IMG/VR virus record: IMGVR_UViG_3300032435_000001
DNA from: a virus
Reading direction: 5' to 3' (one strand)
Length of the DNA stretch: 64,000 nt
Shown: positions 9,861 to 19,491 of the stretch, piece after piece
How the letters are laid out: every line of letters begins with the position of its first letter
How positions within the stretch are numbered: the first letter of the stretch is position 1
Translations under genes and position numbers: made by a program
Notes under the pieces: model-generated
The model's input: the letters and a program-made list of their open reading frames with translations, nothing else
The model's database searches: none
Told to the model about the DNA's origin: nothing

Positions 9861-9894
9861 TTAAATATATTATAATAAAATTTAACAAATAATT

Positions 9895-11154
9895 ATGTCA
9901 GAAGAGATTAATAAAAAACCAAATGTTTTTCCAACATCGGAAGAAATTGCTAAAGCTAATAGTACTGGGTCACAAATAGCTAATCAATTAAATGATGAAT
10001 TGATTAAAGAAAGTGTTGGTAGTTATGAATATAAACACTCATCAATTGAGGAAGGTTATGCTGAGCAGATGCGATTAAAAACGGAGTCGCAAATTAGATT
10101 AAGAGATGAAATGATGCGTAAAGCTCATGATTTAGCGGATAAAACGGACAGAGAACGTGCTATTAGAGATGTTAGAGGTTCAGTAATGGAGGTTAGACCA
10201 GAGTTGGCTGTTGATTATGGTACTAAATATGAAGTTGGTTATGGTAAAGGTAATAATTTAGAGACACCTAAAGTTGAAAATTTAGAACCACCTAAGGTTG
10301 CTACTTTAGAACCACCTAAGATGGATAACTTTAAAGTTGATGAGAAAGTTGATGAAAACAAATTAGGTAATGGTATGACCAATGAGCAGCTTTATGAGTT
10401 ATTAAGTAGACCGCAAGATGATTCACCATACGATGTAATACCATTACCTTCTAAAGGTAAGTTATATAAAAACGGGAAACCAACCATGAAAGTGGGGTAT
10501 TTAAACGCTTCTGATGAAAACATATTAACTAATCCAAATTTAGTACAAAATGGTAAGTTTTTGGAAATTTTATTTAATAGAAAAATGTTAGATACTGATT
10601 TAAGGTATAAGGATTTACACACTGGTGATAGAAACGCTATTATGATTTGGTTAAGGTCAACTGCTTATGGCCCTACTTATCCAATTAGTCTTTACGACCC
10701 TAGTGATTCTAAATCATTTGAGACAACAATAGATTTATCACAATTAAAAATGATTGAATTAAATGTTGAAACTGACAATAATGGTCATATATCTTATGTG
10801 TTACCTTTATCTAAGGATGTGATAACATTTAAGTTATTAACTGTAGGTGAAGTGGATGATATTGAGACTCATAATGATGAGATGGAGTTAAATTTTGGTA
10901 AGATGTATAATGATATGTCCACATTTACCATGAAAAAACAAATAACGTCAGTTAATGGTTCTTATGGTGAAGCTGTAATATCTAAGTTTGTTGACACTAT
11001 GTTGATTAGGGATGTACAAACTTTTAGAAAATATGTTAACTCAATTGAATGTGGTATGGATATGAATTTGGAAGTTAGGACTCCTGGGGGTGAGTCCTTA
11101 AAAACATTTCTTCCCCTTAACACATCATTTTTTTGGCCTGACCTCGACTTATAA
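9895..11154 (+). CDS. Baseplate hub/tail assembly chaperone (T4 gp26-like C-terminal half)
   Basis: IPLPSKGKLY, YLNASDENILTN, GDRNAIMIWLRSTAYG, ITFKLLT, C-terminal FFWPD. Lies between the tube and tape measure genes. Confidence 0.75.
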   Translation: MSEEINKKPNVFPTSEEIAKANSTGSQIANQLNDELIKESVGSYEYKHSSIEEGYAEQMRLKTESQIRLRDEMMRKAHDLADKTDRERAIRDVRGSVMEVRPELAVDYGTKYEVGYGKGNNLETPKVENLEPPKVATLEPPKMDNFKVDEKVDENKLGNGMTNEQLYELLSRPQDDSPYDVIPLPSKGKLYKNGKPTMKVGYLNASDENILTNPNLVQNGKFLEILFNRKMLDTDLRYKDLHTGDRNAIMIWLRSTAYGPTYPISLYDPSDSKSFETTIDLSQLKMIELNVETDNNGHISYVLPLSKDVITFKLLTVGEVDDIETHNDEMELNFGKMYNDMSTFTMKKQITSVNGSYGEAVISKFVDTMLIRDVQTFRKYVNSIECGMDMNLEVRTPGGESLKTFLPLNTSFFWPDLDL

Positions 11155-11386
11155 ATCCTCGTTTTTACAGGAAATTTATTTATGTTTTAGGTATTTAGGT
11201 CTATCTTATTTAGATTTAAACAAGATGCCAACTTATGAGAGAAGGTTTTTCTTAAACCTATACGTTGAGGAAATGAATAGTAAAAATGAAGCTCAAGAGT
11301 CTAGAACGAATAACTCTAAAGGTAAGAAAACGATTAGTGGTGAAGCACTAAAAAATGATATTAGAGATAATAAGATAACTTTATAA
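11129..11386 (+). CDS. gp51/GT-like chaperone extension, probably reached by frameshift (absent from the ORF track)
   Basis: The +1 frame is open from 11102 to 11386 and reads FFGLTSTYKSSFLQEIYLCFRYLGLSYLDLNKMPTYERRFFLNLYVEE... It overlaps the T7 run at 11128-11134. The first ATG is only at 11225. Confidence 0.65.
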   Translation, partial: FFGLTSTYKSSFLQEIYLCFRYLGLSYLDLNKMPTYERRFFLNLYVEEMNSKNEAQESRTNNSKGKKTISGEALKNDIRDNKITL

Positions 11387-11391
11387 TAAGC

Positions 11392-11421
11392 AATAAAAGA
11401 CTGTAATTACAGTCTTTTATT
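11392..11421. terminator. Intrinsic terminator (perfect 30-bp palindrome)
   Basis: AATAAAAGACTGTAA|TTACAGTCTTTTATT immediately after the 11386 stop. Confidence 0.75.
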
Positions 11422-11483
11422 ATTTATTTACGTATTTAGTTGGGATTTATCTTTATATTTATATTTATATAAAAAATAATACT

Positions 11484-12749
11484 ATGGTTAAATTAATTAT
11501 AAGTGAGGATACATACTCCGTAGGTTTTAGTAAGATAAGAAAAGGTGATATTATGAACATCACCACACAAAATAAAAATATACAAGCGGAAGTTGTTGAT
11601 GTGTATTCAACACAAATAATTATTTCAGCCCAATCAAAAAATTATTTAATATCATTAGCCTCAATGTCTGACGATAATTTGAGTTTTTTAGAAGACCCAA
11701 CTGGTAGTAAAACTAGAGGTACTATTAAAGGGATTAAATCCATCATAATAACTAGAAACGGTAAAAATATTAGTAAGATATACCCTAACAACACTAACAA
11801 CGCTAAAAACACTAATAAAACTAATAAAACTAATAAAACTAATAAAACTAATAAAACTAATAAAACTAAAACTAATAATATTATAAAACCATTTTTTAAG
11901 GAAGCTTACGATTCCATATTAAGCGATTTAAACGATTTAACGGAGGGAGACACAGTAACATTTAGTTTTGGTGAGTTAATAACTAAAAACGACATTAAAA
12001 CGGAAAATAAAAGCACCATGGAGGTTTACATTGAAAAGGTTGTTAAGGATAATCTAATTAAATGTTTGGTTAATGTAGTTGAAGGGAGTTTATTAAGTAA
12101 TTTTTCAAATTTAAAGGGTGAAGTTATAATAATAAATAAAGCCAACTCATTTAGTTTATCGGAAAAAGGTGTTACACTTAACGCTAAGTTATTTAAACAA
12201 AATAAGACTAGTGATTTAGTTAGTATCCCAAATTTATATAAAATAGATAACGATGGTAAGGGGCCTGTTGGTGAAGTAAATTTTGATGATTTAATGCAGA
12301 ATCAGAATTTTAAGGATTTGATGTTAAGTAAACCCACTTTCTGGGGTAAATTTTTAAATAAGAACCCTAAAGGTGTTATTCCATTATTAAAAGCTTTAGA
12401 AGGTGGTACCACTAATAACTCACTATACGCAACAGCTAAAAAATATTTAGGTAATAATGAATATTTCTCCAAAGGTAAAAAAGTTAAATTAACTTACTTA
12501 TCACCTAAAGAAATTGACCTTGGTGGTATAATGTTAAAAAATGGTACTTCCTATTTTGGTGTTTTCTTAGACTCAAAAAGAGTTAAGTTGACTACGTCAA
12601 GACAAAACTCTAAGATTGTGATGGAATTACTAGAGAAAATTGGTGATGATAAATATAGGGTTAAAATAACTAAAGAAAATACTAGAGATATCGCTATTGG
12701 GGCAGTTGATTACGGTCAAGGTATAGTGGAACTTAAAAACAACGATTAA
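11484..12749 (+). CDS. Hypothetical late/virion protein
   Basis: 421 aa, Lys-rich, preceded by TATTTATA, co-transcribed with the tape measure gene. Confidence 0.6.
   Translation: MVKLIISEDTYSVGFSKIRKGDIMNITTQNKNIQAEVVDVYSTQIIISAQSKNYLISLASMSDDNLSFLEDPTGSKTRGTIKGIKSIIITRNGKNISKIYPNNTNNAKNTNKTNKTNKTNKTNKTNKTKTNNIIKPFFKEAYDSILSDLNDLTEGDTVTFSFGELITKNDIKTENKSTMEVYIEKVVKDNLIKCLVNVVEGSLLSNFSNLKGEVIIINKANSFSLSEKGVTLNAKLFKQNKTSDLVSIPNLYKIDNDGKGPVGEVNFDDLMQNQNFKDLMLSKPTFWGKFLNKNPKGVIPLLKALEGGTTNNSLYATAKKYLGNNEYFSKGKKVKLTYLSPKEIDLGGIMLKNGTSYFGVFLDSKRVKLTTSRQNSKIVMELLEKIGDDKYRVKITKENTRDIAIGAVDYGQGIVELKNND
11811..11864 (+). repeat. In-frame 9-bp tandem repeat (ACTAATAAA)x6 encoding (TNK)6
   Basis: Read directly from the sequence. 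Confidence 0.95.
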
Positions 12750-12751
12750 AT

Positions 12752-15265
12752 ATGGCTGATACTAATGGTTTATCCAATGAGGATTTAAAAAGGATGGAGA
12801 AATACCTCGAACTACAACAAAAAACAGCATCAAGTTTTAAGGGGTACGTAGAGGATGTTAAACAAATTAAGGTTATTTCAGAAAATATAGAATATATTGA
12901 GGCGAGAAAGGCTAAGATATTACAAACAATTAATGATTTAACTAAACAAGCTAAAAAAAGTAGTAAGGCTGAAAAAAAAGCGTTATACGATAAAATAGCG
13001 CAAGAGCGAGTATCGTTAAAAATAGCTATCGAAAAAATTGACGCTGCTAAGACTGAATTAGGTTATTTAGAGGAATCAGTTAAACAAACTAAATCACTAG
13101 TATTAACTAAAGAATCCCTTAAAAAACAATTAAAAAATGTTGGTGGGTTATTATTCCAACAATTGGGTTGGTTATTAGAGCAACAGAAAGCTGTTAAAAT
13201 GACCACTTTAAGTATGGGTGTTTTAGGCAACCAAGCGGGTGTTTTAAAAGCAAACCTTTACCAAGCGTCTGTCGCCACTAATAGGTTAGGTGTTGATACT
13301 AAAGATTTAGGTAAAATGCAATCTATATATTCAGAAAGTATTGGTAGAGCTGTTGTTTTCACAACCAAATCAAACAAAGCTATGGCAGAACTTTCAGCTG
13401 GTACAATATTAGGTGCTGAAGGTGCTGGTGAATTAGTGGCAAACATGGATGGGTTTAACGTATCAGCGGAGCAGAGTAGAGATTTAGTTGCGGATATGTT
13501 AAATAATGGAACTAAAATGGGTATTAATGGAAGTAAATTAACTAAAAATTTAGCTAGTAATATTAAAATGGCTAATAAATATCACTTTAAAGGTGGTGTT
13601 GAAGGTTTAGCTAGGATGGCAGCTATATCTACTAAGTTTAAAGTTGAGATGAAAACCATTGGTTCATTCGCTGATAATTTGTTTGACCCAGAAGGTGCTG
13701 TTGAGATGGCTTCTAAATTATCAGTTTTAGGTGGTAATTGGAGTAAATTGGGTGACCCTTTTGAATTGATGTTTAAGGCTAGGAATGATTTGACAGGTTT
13801 AACCAAAGATATTATAGCAGCTACTGAAGTAAGTGGTGTGTTTAATAAAACCACTGGTGAACTTCAATTTAGTGGTATGGAGATGCATCGACTAAGGGAG
13901 GCTGCTAAAGCTACTAATATGGAGTATGATGAATTAGCGCAGATGGCCCAAGAAGTTGGTAAGAATAACGCAAAAATGGGTCAAATGGTAACTGGTGGTA
14001 AGTTAAATAAAGAAGAAAAAGAATATTTAGCAGCTATTTCTAATTGGGATAAAGATAAAGGTAAATTCTTTGTTGAGGTATTGAATGATGAGGGTGTAAC
14101 TGATAGATATAATTTTGATGAACTACATAAGTTAGACTCCGCTATGATTAAAAACATAATGGACCAAGAAAAAAATTTAGCAGAAAGAGCTGAAGAATCT
14201 TTAACATTTGATGAATCTTGGAAAAACTTGGTGAATACTTTCAAATCAACTCTTTTACCAGCATTTGACGGGTTTAGTAAATCAATGGAACTTGTATTAA
14301 CTAGTATTGCGAAGAGTGGTGTGTTTGAGACAATTGCGCAATGGTCTATTACATTAGGTAAAACTTTAGCTGAGTGGCCTAAAACAGTTGCTGCCGTTTT
14401 AGCTGGTGCTTTCATAGTTAAAGAAGCTTGGTGGTTAGCTAGGGGTGTTTTTTTAGGACTCGGATTCAATACCACCGCTAGAGTTGGTGGTGGTGGTGGT
14501 GCTGCTGCTAGTAAAGCTACGAAGGGTAGTGGTGGTGGTGCTGCTGCTAGTAAAGCTACGAAGGGTAGTGGTGGTGGTGGTGCTGTTGCTAGTAAACTTG
14601 GTAAATTTACTAAATTTGCTAAAGTTGGTGGTGCTGCTGCTGCTAGTGGTGGTTTATTAACTGCTGCTTTTTCAGGTTATGATGAATATACTAGTAATGA
14701 AGAGAGTGGTATGAGTGGTGGCGAAAACGCTGGTAGGACTGCTGTTAGAAGTGGGTTGGCTGGTGGTGGTGCTTGGGGTGGTGCTACCGCTGGTGCTTCA
14801 TTAGGGCTGCTTGGTGGTCCATTAGCACCAGTAACGGTACCTTTAGGTATGCTTATAGGTGGTATAGCTGGCGCTATAGGTGGTGATATGCTTGGTGATT
14901 CGGCTGGTGATGCTATTTTTGGGGGTGGTGGGGGGAGTCAAGTTCATGATGACTTTATTTCCAGACCAGGAGCTGACCCAATATCATTTAACTCAGCTGA
15001 TACTTTAGTTGGTTTGAAGAAAGATGGTGGTATTGGTCGAGCTTTGGTGGAAAATAGCACTGGTAAGGGTTCAGGTTCTTCAGGTGTTAGTGTTAGTTTT
15101 GGTCAACCTTTAAGAATTGAAGGGAGTATTAATGTAACCTCTGGAAATAAATCAGCTTCAATTGATTTAGATAACCCATTCTTTATTAGAGAGTTATCTA
15201 AAATGATTCAAGAAGAAATAAGTAGGGGTATTGGTGGTGGAAGAACGAGTTCTAACCCAATTTAA
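12752..15265 (+). CDS. Tape measure protein
   Basis: Helical, Ala/Gly-rich, with hydrophobic Gly-zipper segments and a C-terminal DDFISRPG..FNSADTLVG motif. Position after the tail chaperones fits. Confidence 0.8.
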   Translation: MADTNGLSNEDLKRMEKYLELQQKTASSFKGYVEDVKQIKVISENIEYIEARKAKILQTINDLTKQAKKSSKAEKKALYDKIAQERVSLKIAIEKIDAAKTELGYLEESVKQTKSLVLTKESLKKQLKNVGGLLFQQLGWLLEQQKAVKMTTLSMGVLGNQAGVLKANLYQASVATNRLGVDTKDLGKMQSIYSESIGRAVVFTTKSNKAMAELSAGTILGAEGAGELVANMDGFNVSAEQSRDLVADMLNNGTKMGINGSKLTKNLASNIKMANKYHFKGGVEGLARMAAISTKFKVEMKTIGSFADNLFDPEGAVEMASKLSVLGGNWSKLGDPFELMFKARNDLTGLTKDIIAATEVSGVFNKTTGELQFSGMEMHRLREAAKATNMEYDELAQMAQEVGKNNAKMGQMVTGGKLNKEEKEYLAAISNWDKDKGKFFVEVLNDEGVTDRYNFDELHKLDSAMIKNIMDQEKNLAERAEESLTFDESWKNLVNTFKSTLLPAFDGFSKSMELVLTSIAKSGVFETIAQWSITLGKTLAEWPKTVAAVLAGAFIVKEAWWLARGVFLGLGFNTTARVGGGGGAAASKATKGSGGGAAASKATKGSGGGGAVASKLGKFTKFAKVGGAAAASGGLLTAAFSGYDEYTSNEESGMSGGENAGRTAVRSGLAGGGAWGGATAGASLGLLGGPLAPVTVPLGMLIGGIAGAIGGDMLGDSAGDAIFGGGGGSQVHDDFISRPGADPISFNSADTLVGLKKDGGIGRALVENSTGKGSGSSGVSVSFGQPLRIEGSINVTSGNKSASIDLDNPFFIRELSKMIQEEISRGIGGGRTSSNPI
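14492..14569 (+). repeat. 39-bp exact tandem duplication (GGGAAASKATKGS x2, partial third copy)
   Basis: GGTGGTGGTGCTGCTGCTAGTAAAGCTACGAAGGGTAGT at 14492 and 14531. Confidence 0.9.
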
Positions 15266-15317
15266 AATAAATTTAAAAATATGTTAAAATATATTTGGTT
15301 ATATGAAAATAATTTCG

Positions 15318-15480
15318 TATTTTTTAAATAATATATTTTAATATATTAATACTATATATAATATATAGTAATATAATATATAATAATAATATATAATAAT
15401 AATATATAATAATAATATATAATAATAATATATAATAATATATAATAATAATAATATTATATAATATATAATAATATATA
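15318..15480. repeat. Almost pure A/T low-complexity tract of TAA/TA units
   Basis: 163 bp with only two G/C bases. 15369-15480 has none. Confidence 0.9.
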
Positions 15481-15522
15481 GATTTTTTTTTAGTCTTTAT
15501 ATTTATTAATAAACAGTTTAAC

Positions 15523-18500
15523 ATGCCAAATGGAATAAATAATATATCACCCTCAATTAGAGATTTTTTATTAAACAGAAATTTAATATTAAGTGATACT
15601 GTAAGTAATAATGGTTTAAGTGGTTATGGTGTTGGTTTAGGGTTACCTGTAACTATCTCTACTTATCCAGAAACAGTTATTGCGTCTAGTGATATTGAAA
15701 TTGAAGGGCAATCTTATAGAGATTTAAATTTATTAAACAACCCTTACGCATCAACTGTTGGGGACATTGTTGTTGATATAAATAGTAATAACATCCAAAA
15801 TATTGGTAATTTACCAATAGGTACTCCCCAATCTGAATACACTAATTATATTGGTTCAAGAATAATTGACTCATCTTTCACAAATTATGGTAATGATGGT
15901 AGGGTAAATTTACTAAGAAACTTATACCAACCGAGTGAATCTGAAAGGTATTTAGTTAGTTTGGATAATTCAAATAATAATGTTGAAAATTCTAATGGTG
16001 GTTATTTAGATAGAAATGGTAATTTAAACATTGGGGGACCTTCAACCAAAGCAATTAATATAATTGGTGGTATTTTAAATGGTGGTGGTATTGGTATTGG
16101 TGGTGATAGTAATTTTGATATAAGAAGTTCTTTAGCTGGTAGAGTATTAAACGGTATAGGTGTTTTAAATGATACCAAGTTAGGGGTTATTGGTGGTAGG
16201 GAATTATTAAAATCTTTAGCTAATAAAGTATCTTTTAACGCACAAAGGGAAATATTAGGTAATTTTAATTTAAATCCATTAAGTTTACTTAGTGGTAATG
16301 ATTTTTTAGTACCAAATTATTCGATTACGGTAGGTAAAGATAAAGTAAGTAAAATTTTAGATATTGGTCTAAACATATTAGGTTTTGAAGCACCAAAAGG
16401 TTATTTATTTGAGGATTCGTCTTCTATTTTCTATGTGGAAAATAAAGTTGATACTAAAGATAGGTTATTATCACAAGTATCTAATACTGGTAAAGGTCAA
16501 ATTATTTCATTATTTAAAAATTTAAATGAGAATACCTATAAAATGCAAATAACCGATTCTAGATTTAAAGGGGAATCCGTTATAAGTAATTTATATTTAT
16601 TTAATAGTGGTAACGGTGCTATGTTAAACATGTTAAACGCACCATTATTATTAGATGATAAAGGTAAAGTATTAGGTTCTTTAAAAAACGGCCCTAACAC
16701 ACCCATATCACCTAGTAATTATAAATTGGAGTCAATGGTTAGGGATGGTGAATTTAGCTCTTTAAAAGGCCTTAAAATAGGTGAGGAGGGGTTTACTTGG
16801 GCTCAAGGTGTGAAAGAAGAGTTATTTCATTATGTACTTGGTGATGGTGTTAACCTTACACCAGTTAATTCATCAAGTTCATTTGAAGCTTATGGTGATG
16901 TTAATATTAATAAGATTAAAAGGGGTTTACTAAACACAACTAAAAATTTATTTAAATCTGGACATATAAACGTCATGGTTAGTAGTAGAGGTTTACGTTT
17001 AGATACAGAAGGTGAGATTGACAATGGGGTTAAGGTTTTTAGGGGTTTTAAAGGTGATAAAATGGATGGTCCAAGTTTCATTTCTAGAGGTTCTGGTGTT
17101 AAAAGTTTATCAGCTTTAGAGGGTGTTGCTGATGATGCGAACATGGTTTTTTGTAGGTCTTGGACATCATTAGTTAAATATGATAAAGTTAGAAACTTAC
17201 AAAAAAGTGATGGTTTAAAAAGTAATTACGGGTTAAGAAATAGAAATACAGTATCTAAATCGGTATTAGATGATAATGGTTTCGTTAGGGTAGCACCAAC
17301 TAGAACTAAAGGTGAGATTGAAAACAATACTGAACTTGATGCTAAAAGATTCATGTTTTCAATTGAGAATTTAGCTTGGGCTGGGCAGACTGGTAATTTA
17401 CCTAAGAATGAAATCGGACCAGGTGACCCATTAACTAAAACCAAAGGTAGGATAATGTGGTTTCCACCATATGATATTAAGTTTACGGAAAGTACTTCAT
17501 TAAAATGGGATAGTTACGATTTCATTGGTAGAGGGGAACCTATGTATACTTATAACAATTCTGAAAGAAGTGGTAGTTTAAGTTTTAAGGTTATTATTGA
17601 CCACGCATCTTACATGAACGATATTACTCTAATAGCTAAAGAATCTGGGTATGATACTGATGATTTTTTTAATAGTATTGTGGCTGGTTGTACTGATTTT
17701 GGTGATTATGATTTAAAAAATATAAGTGAGAATGACCAAAATGCTTTAGATGTTGATAACGCTAGTAAGGTTGCTGAAAAACAAGATACGCCTAGTATAG
17801 TACCTTTAGGTTTTTCGTATTACTTTCCAAATGATGTGGTTTCAGATGCTTATTTTGATTATGAAAGGTTTGGTTCTGAGAATGGTGAGGTGACGGCTAG
17901 TTCGTATGGTAAGATACCTGAGGACCCTGGTTATACTAAGGGTCAAACAATATTTTATGAGGATAGGAGTGATTTTGGTTTAAATAAAGCTTACTATGAT
18001 ACTAATTTTTTCACTAAATTAAGTGAGGATTTTAAAAAATGTGAACATTGTAAGATTGTGATTAAAGGTTACGCTAGTAAGGATGGTGTTACCAGTGTGA
18101 ATAAAAGGTTATCTGATGATAGAGCTAAAACTATGAAAGGTATATTAATCAAGGAGTTGTTAGGTGGTAATGAGACTTCGGACCCGTTAAGTGGTAATAG
18201 GTTTAAACTAGTTGTTGGTAAAGGTGAATCAACTGACTCACCAAGTAAAGGTGTTAAGGCGGTTGATTCAATATTAAATAAAAAAGCTAGAAGAGTTGAC
18301 GTTACTTTTGTTGACGACCCTAGTAATAAGAAAATGTTAAATGAATTTAAGACTAATTTAAAATCTAATAACCTTAAAAAAATACTTAATGATAGGGTTA
18401 AGGGTAAATTTTTTAACGAATCATTATATTTTGAGAAGTTAAGACAAGATGATAAATTTACCTATGATTCCATAAGTGAAAAGATTAAATTCTTTCACCC

Positions 18501-19437
18501 AGCTTTTCATTCAGTAACGCCAGAAGGTTTTAATAGTAGATTAACATTTCTTAATCAATGTACTAGACAAGGGCCAACTAAGAACGCTAACTCACCTAGT
18601 AATTTAGTTTTTGGAGCCGCACCTGTTTCTATCCTAAGGATAGGTGATTTTTATCATACAAAGATTATAATTGATAGTTTAAATATTGACTATGATGGTG
18701 GGTTCGGTACGCAATGGGATTTAAACCCAGAAGGTGTTGGTGTTCAACCAATGATTGCTAATGTTTCAATATCATTTAAATTTATTGGTGGTCAATCATT
18801 AGATGGGCCTATTAATAAACTACAGAATGCGGTTTCATTTAACTATTTCGCTAATACTGAGATTTATGATTCAAGAGCTGAATATTTTAGTAATGGTAGA
18901 TATACTAGTGATGTGGTAAAGTTTAAACCTGAAGCGGGTTCACCTAAACCTAGTGAAACTAAAGTGGGTATTGAGTTAAATGAAGTAGAGGTTTTCGGTA
19001 CTTTCAGTGCACCAAGTACTGAAACAGCTGTTGATGATGGTAAAATTAAAATAACTGGTTTTAAGTATATTGAAGTAAGAGAAACGTTAACTCCAAATAA
19101 ACGTTCGTTTATGTTTTCGCTTAAATTTTTAAACTTACCAATTAATTTAGGTGAAAGTTCGGTTAGTGAATTCGTTTCAAAGGGTCTAAAAATTAGATTA
19201 AGTAATAATAACTCTTTTACGCATGAGGAAATTGTTAGTGAAATTAGTGGTGCTAGTGGTTCTTCTGGTTGTAAATCCTTTTCTTGTTTAAATGATAATT
19301 ATATTTTGGGGGATAGAGATTCGGGTACTATTAGTTTAGTTAATGGTAATTATAATTTAGCTATAATTCATGACGGTAAAACTATCCAAACAATACCTGT
19401 TAAAATAAGTAGTGAACTTTATAAAGAATGGTTTTAA
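15523..19437 (+). CDS. Large baseplate/tail-tube-initiator-like protein with an inserted OmpA-like peptidoglycan-binding domain
   Basis: WFPPYDIKFTES..W....FIGRGEPMYTYNNSERSGSLSF and LRIGDFYHTKIII..PMIANVSISFKFIG flank IKGYASKDG...NKRLSDDRA...ARRVDV. Confidence 0.7.
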   Translation: MPNGINNISPSIRDFLLNRNLILSDTVSNNGLSGYGVGLGLPVTISTYPETVIASSDIEIEGQSYRDLNLLNNPYASTVGDIVVDINSNNIQNIGNLPIGTPQSEYTNYIGSRIIDSSFTNYGNDGRVNLLRNLYQPSESERYLVSLDNSNNNVENSNGGYLDRNGNLNIGGPSTKAINIIGGILNGGGIGIGGDSNFDIRSSLAGRVLNGIGVLNDTKLGVIGGRELLKSLANKVSFNAQREILGNFNLNPLSLLSGNDFLVPNYSITVGKDKVSKILDIGLNILGFEAPKGYLFEDSSSIFYVENKVDTKDRLLSQVSNTGKGQIISLFKNLNENTYKMQITDSRFKGESVISNLYLFNSGNGAMLNMLNAPLLLDDKGKVLGSLKNGPNTPISPSNYKLESMVRDGEFSSLKGLKIGEEGFTWAQGVKEELFHYVLGDGVNLTPVNSSSSFEAYGDVNINKIKRGLLNTTKNLFKSGHINVMVSSRGLRLDTEGEIDNGVKVFRGFKGDKMDGPSFISRGSGVKSLSALEGVADDANMVFCRSWTSLVKYDKVRNLQKSDGLKSNYGLRNRNTVSKSVLDDNGFVRVAPTRTKGEIENNTELDAKRFMFSIENLAWAGQTGNLPKNEIGPGDPLTKTKGRIMWFPPYDIKFTESTSLKWDSYDFIGRGEPMYTYNNSERSGSLSFKVIIDHASYMNDITLIAKESGYDTDDFFNSIVAGCTDFGDYDLKNISENDQNALDVDNASKVAEKQDTPSIVPLGFSYYFPNDVVSDAYFDYERFGSENGEVTASSYGKIPEDPGYTKGQTIFYEDRSDFGLNKAYYDTNFFTKLSEDFKKCEHCKIVIKGYASKDGVTSVNKRLSDDRAKTMKGILIKELLGGNETSDPLSGNRFKLVVGKGESTDSPSKGVKAVDSILNKKARRVDVTFVDDPSNKKMLNEFKTNLKSNNLKKILNDRVKGKFFNESLYFEKLRQDDKFTYDSISEKIKFFHPAFHSVTPEGFNSRLTFLNQCTRQGPTKNANSPSNLVFGAAPVSILRIGDFYHTKIIIDSLNIDYDGGFGTQWDLNPEGVGVQPMIANVSISFKFIGGQSLDGPINKLQNAVSFNYFANTEIYDSRAEYFSNGRYTSDVVKFKPEAGSPKPSETKVGIELNEVEVFGTFSAPSTETAVDDGKIKITGFKYIEVRETLTPNKRSFMFSLKFLNLPINLGESSVSEFVSKGLKIRLSNNNSFTHEEIVSEISGASGSSGCKSFSCLNDNYILGDRDSGTISLVNGNYNLAIIHDGKTIQTIPVKISSELYKEWF

Positions 19438-19491
19438 CTTTATTTACTTTTTAAAAAAATTTAATAAATTATAGATAAAATATAATAAAAT

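Noticed and set aside
13258-14475. Antisense ORFs within the tape measure gene, and similar short shadow ORFs throughout the track
   Set aside because: They lie opposite well-supported genes, lack motifs, and are expected from codon bias.
15324-15524. 66-aa Ile/Tyr-rich minus-strand ORF
   Set aside because: Artefact of the A/T tract, with no plausible protein composition.
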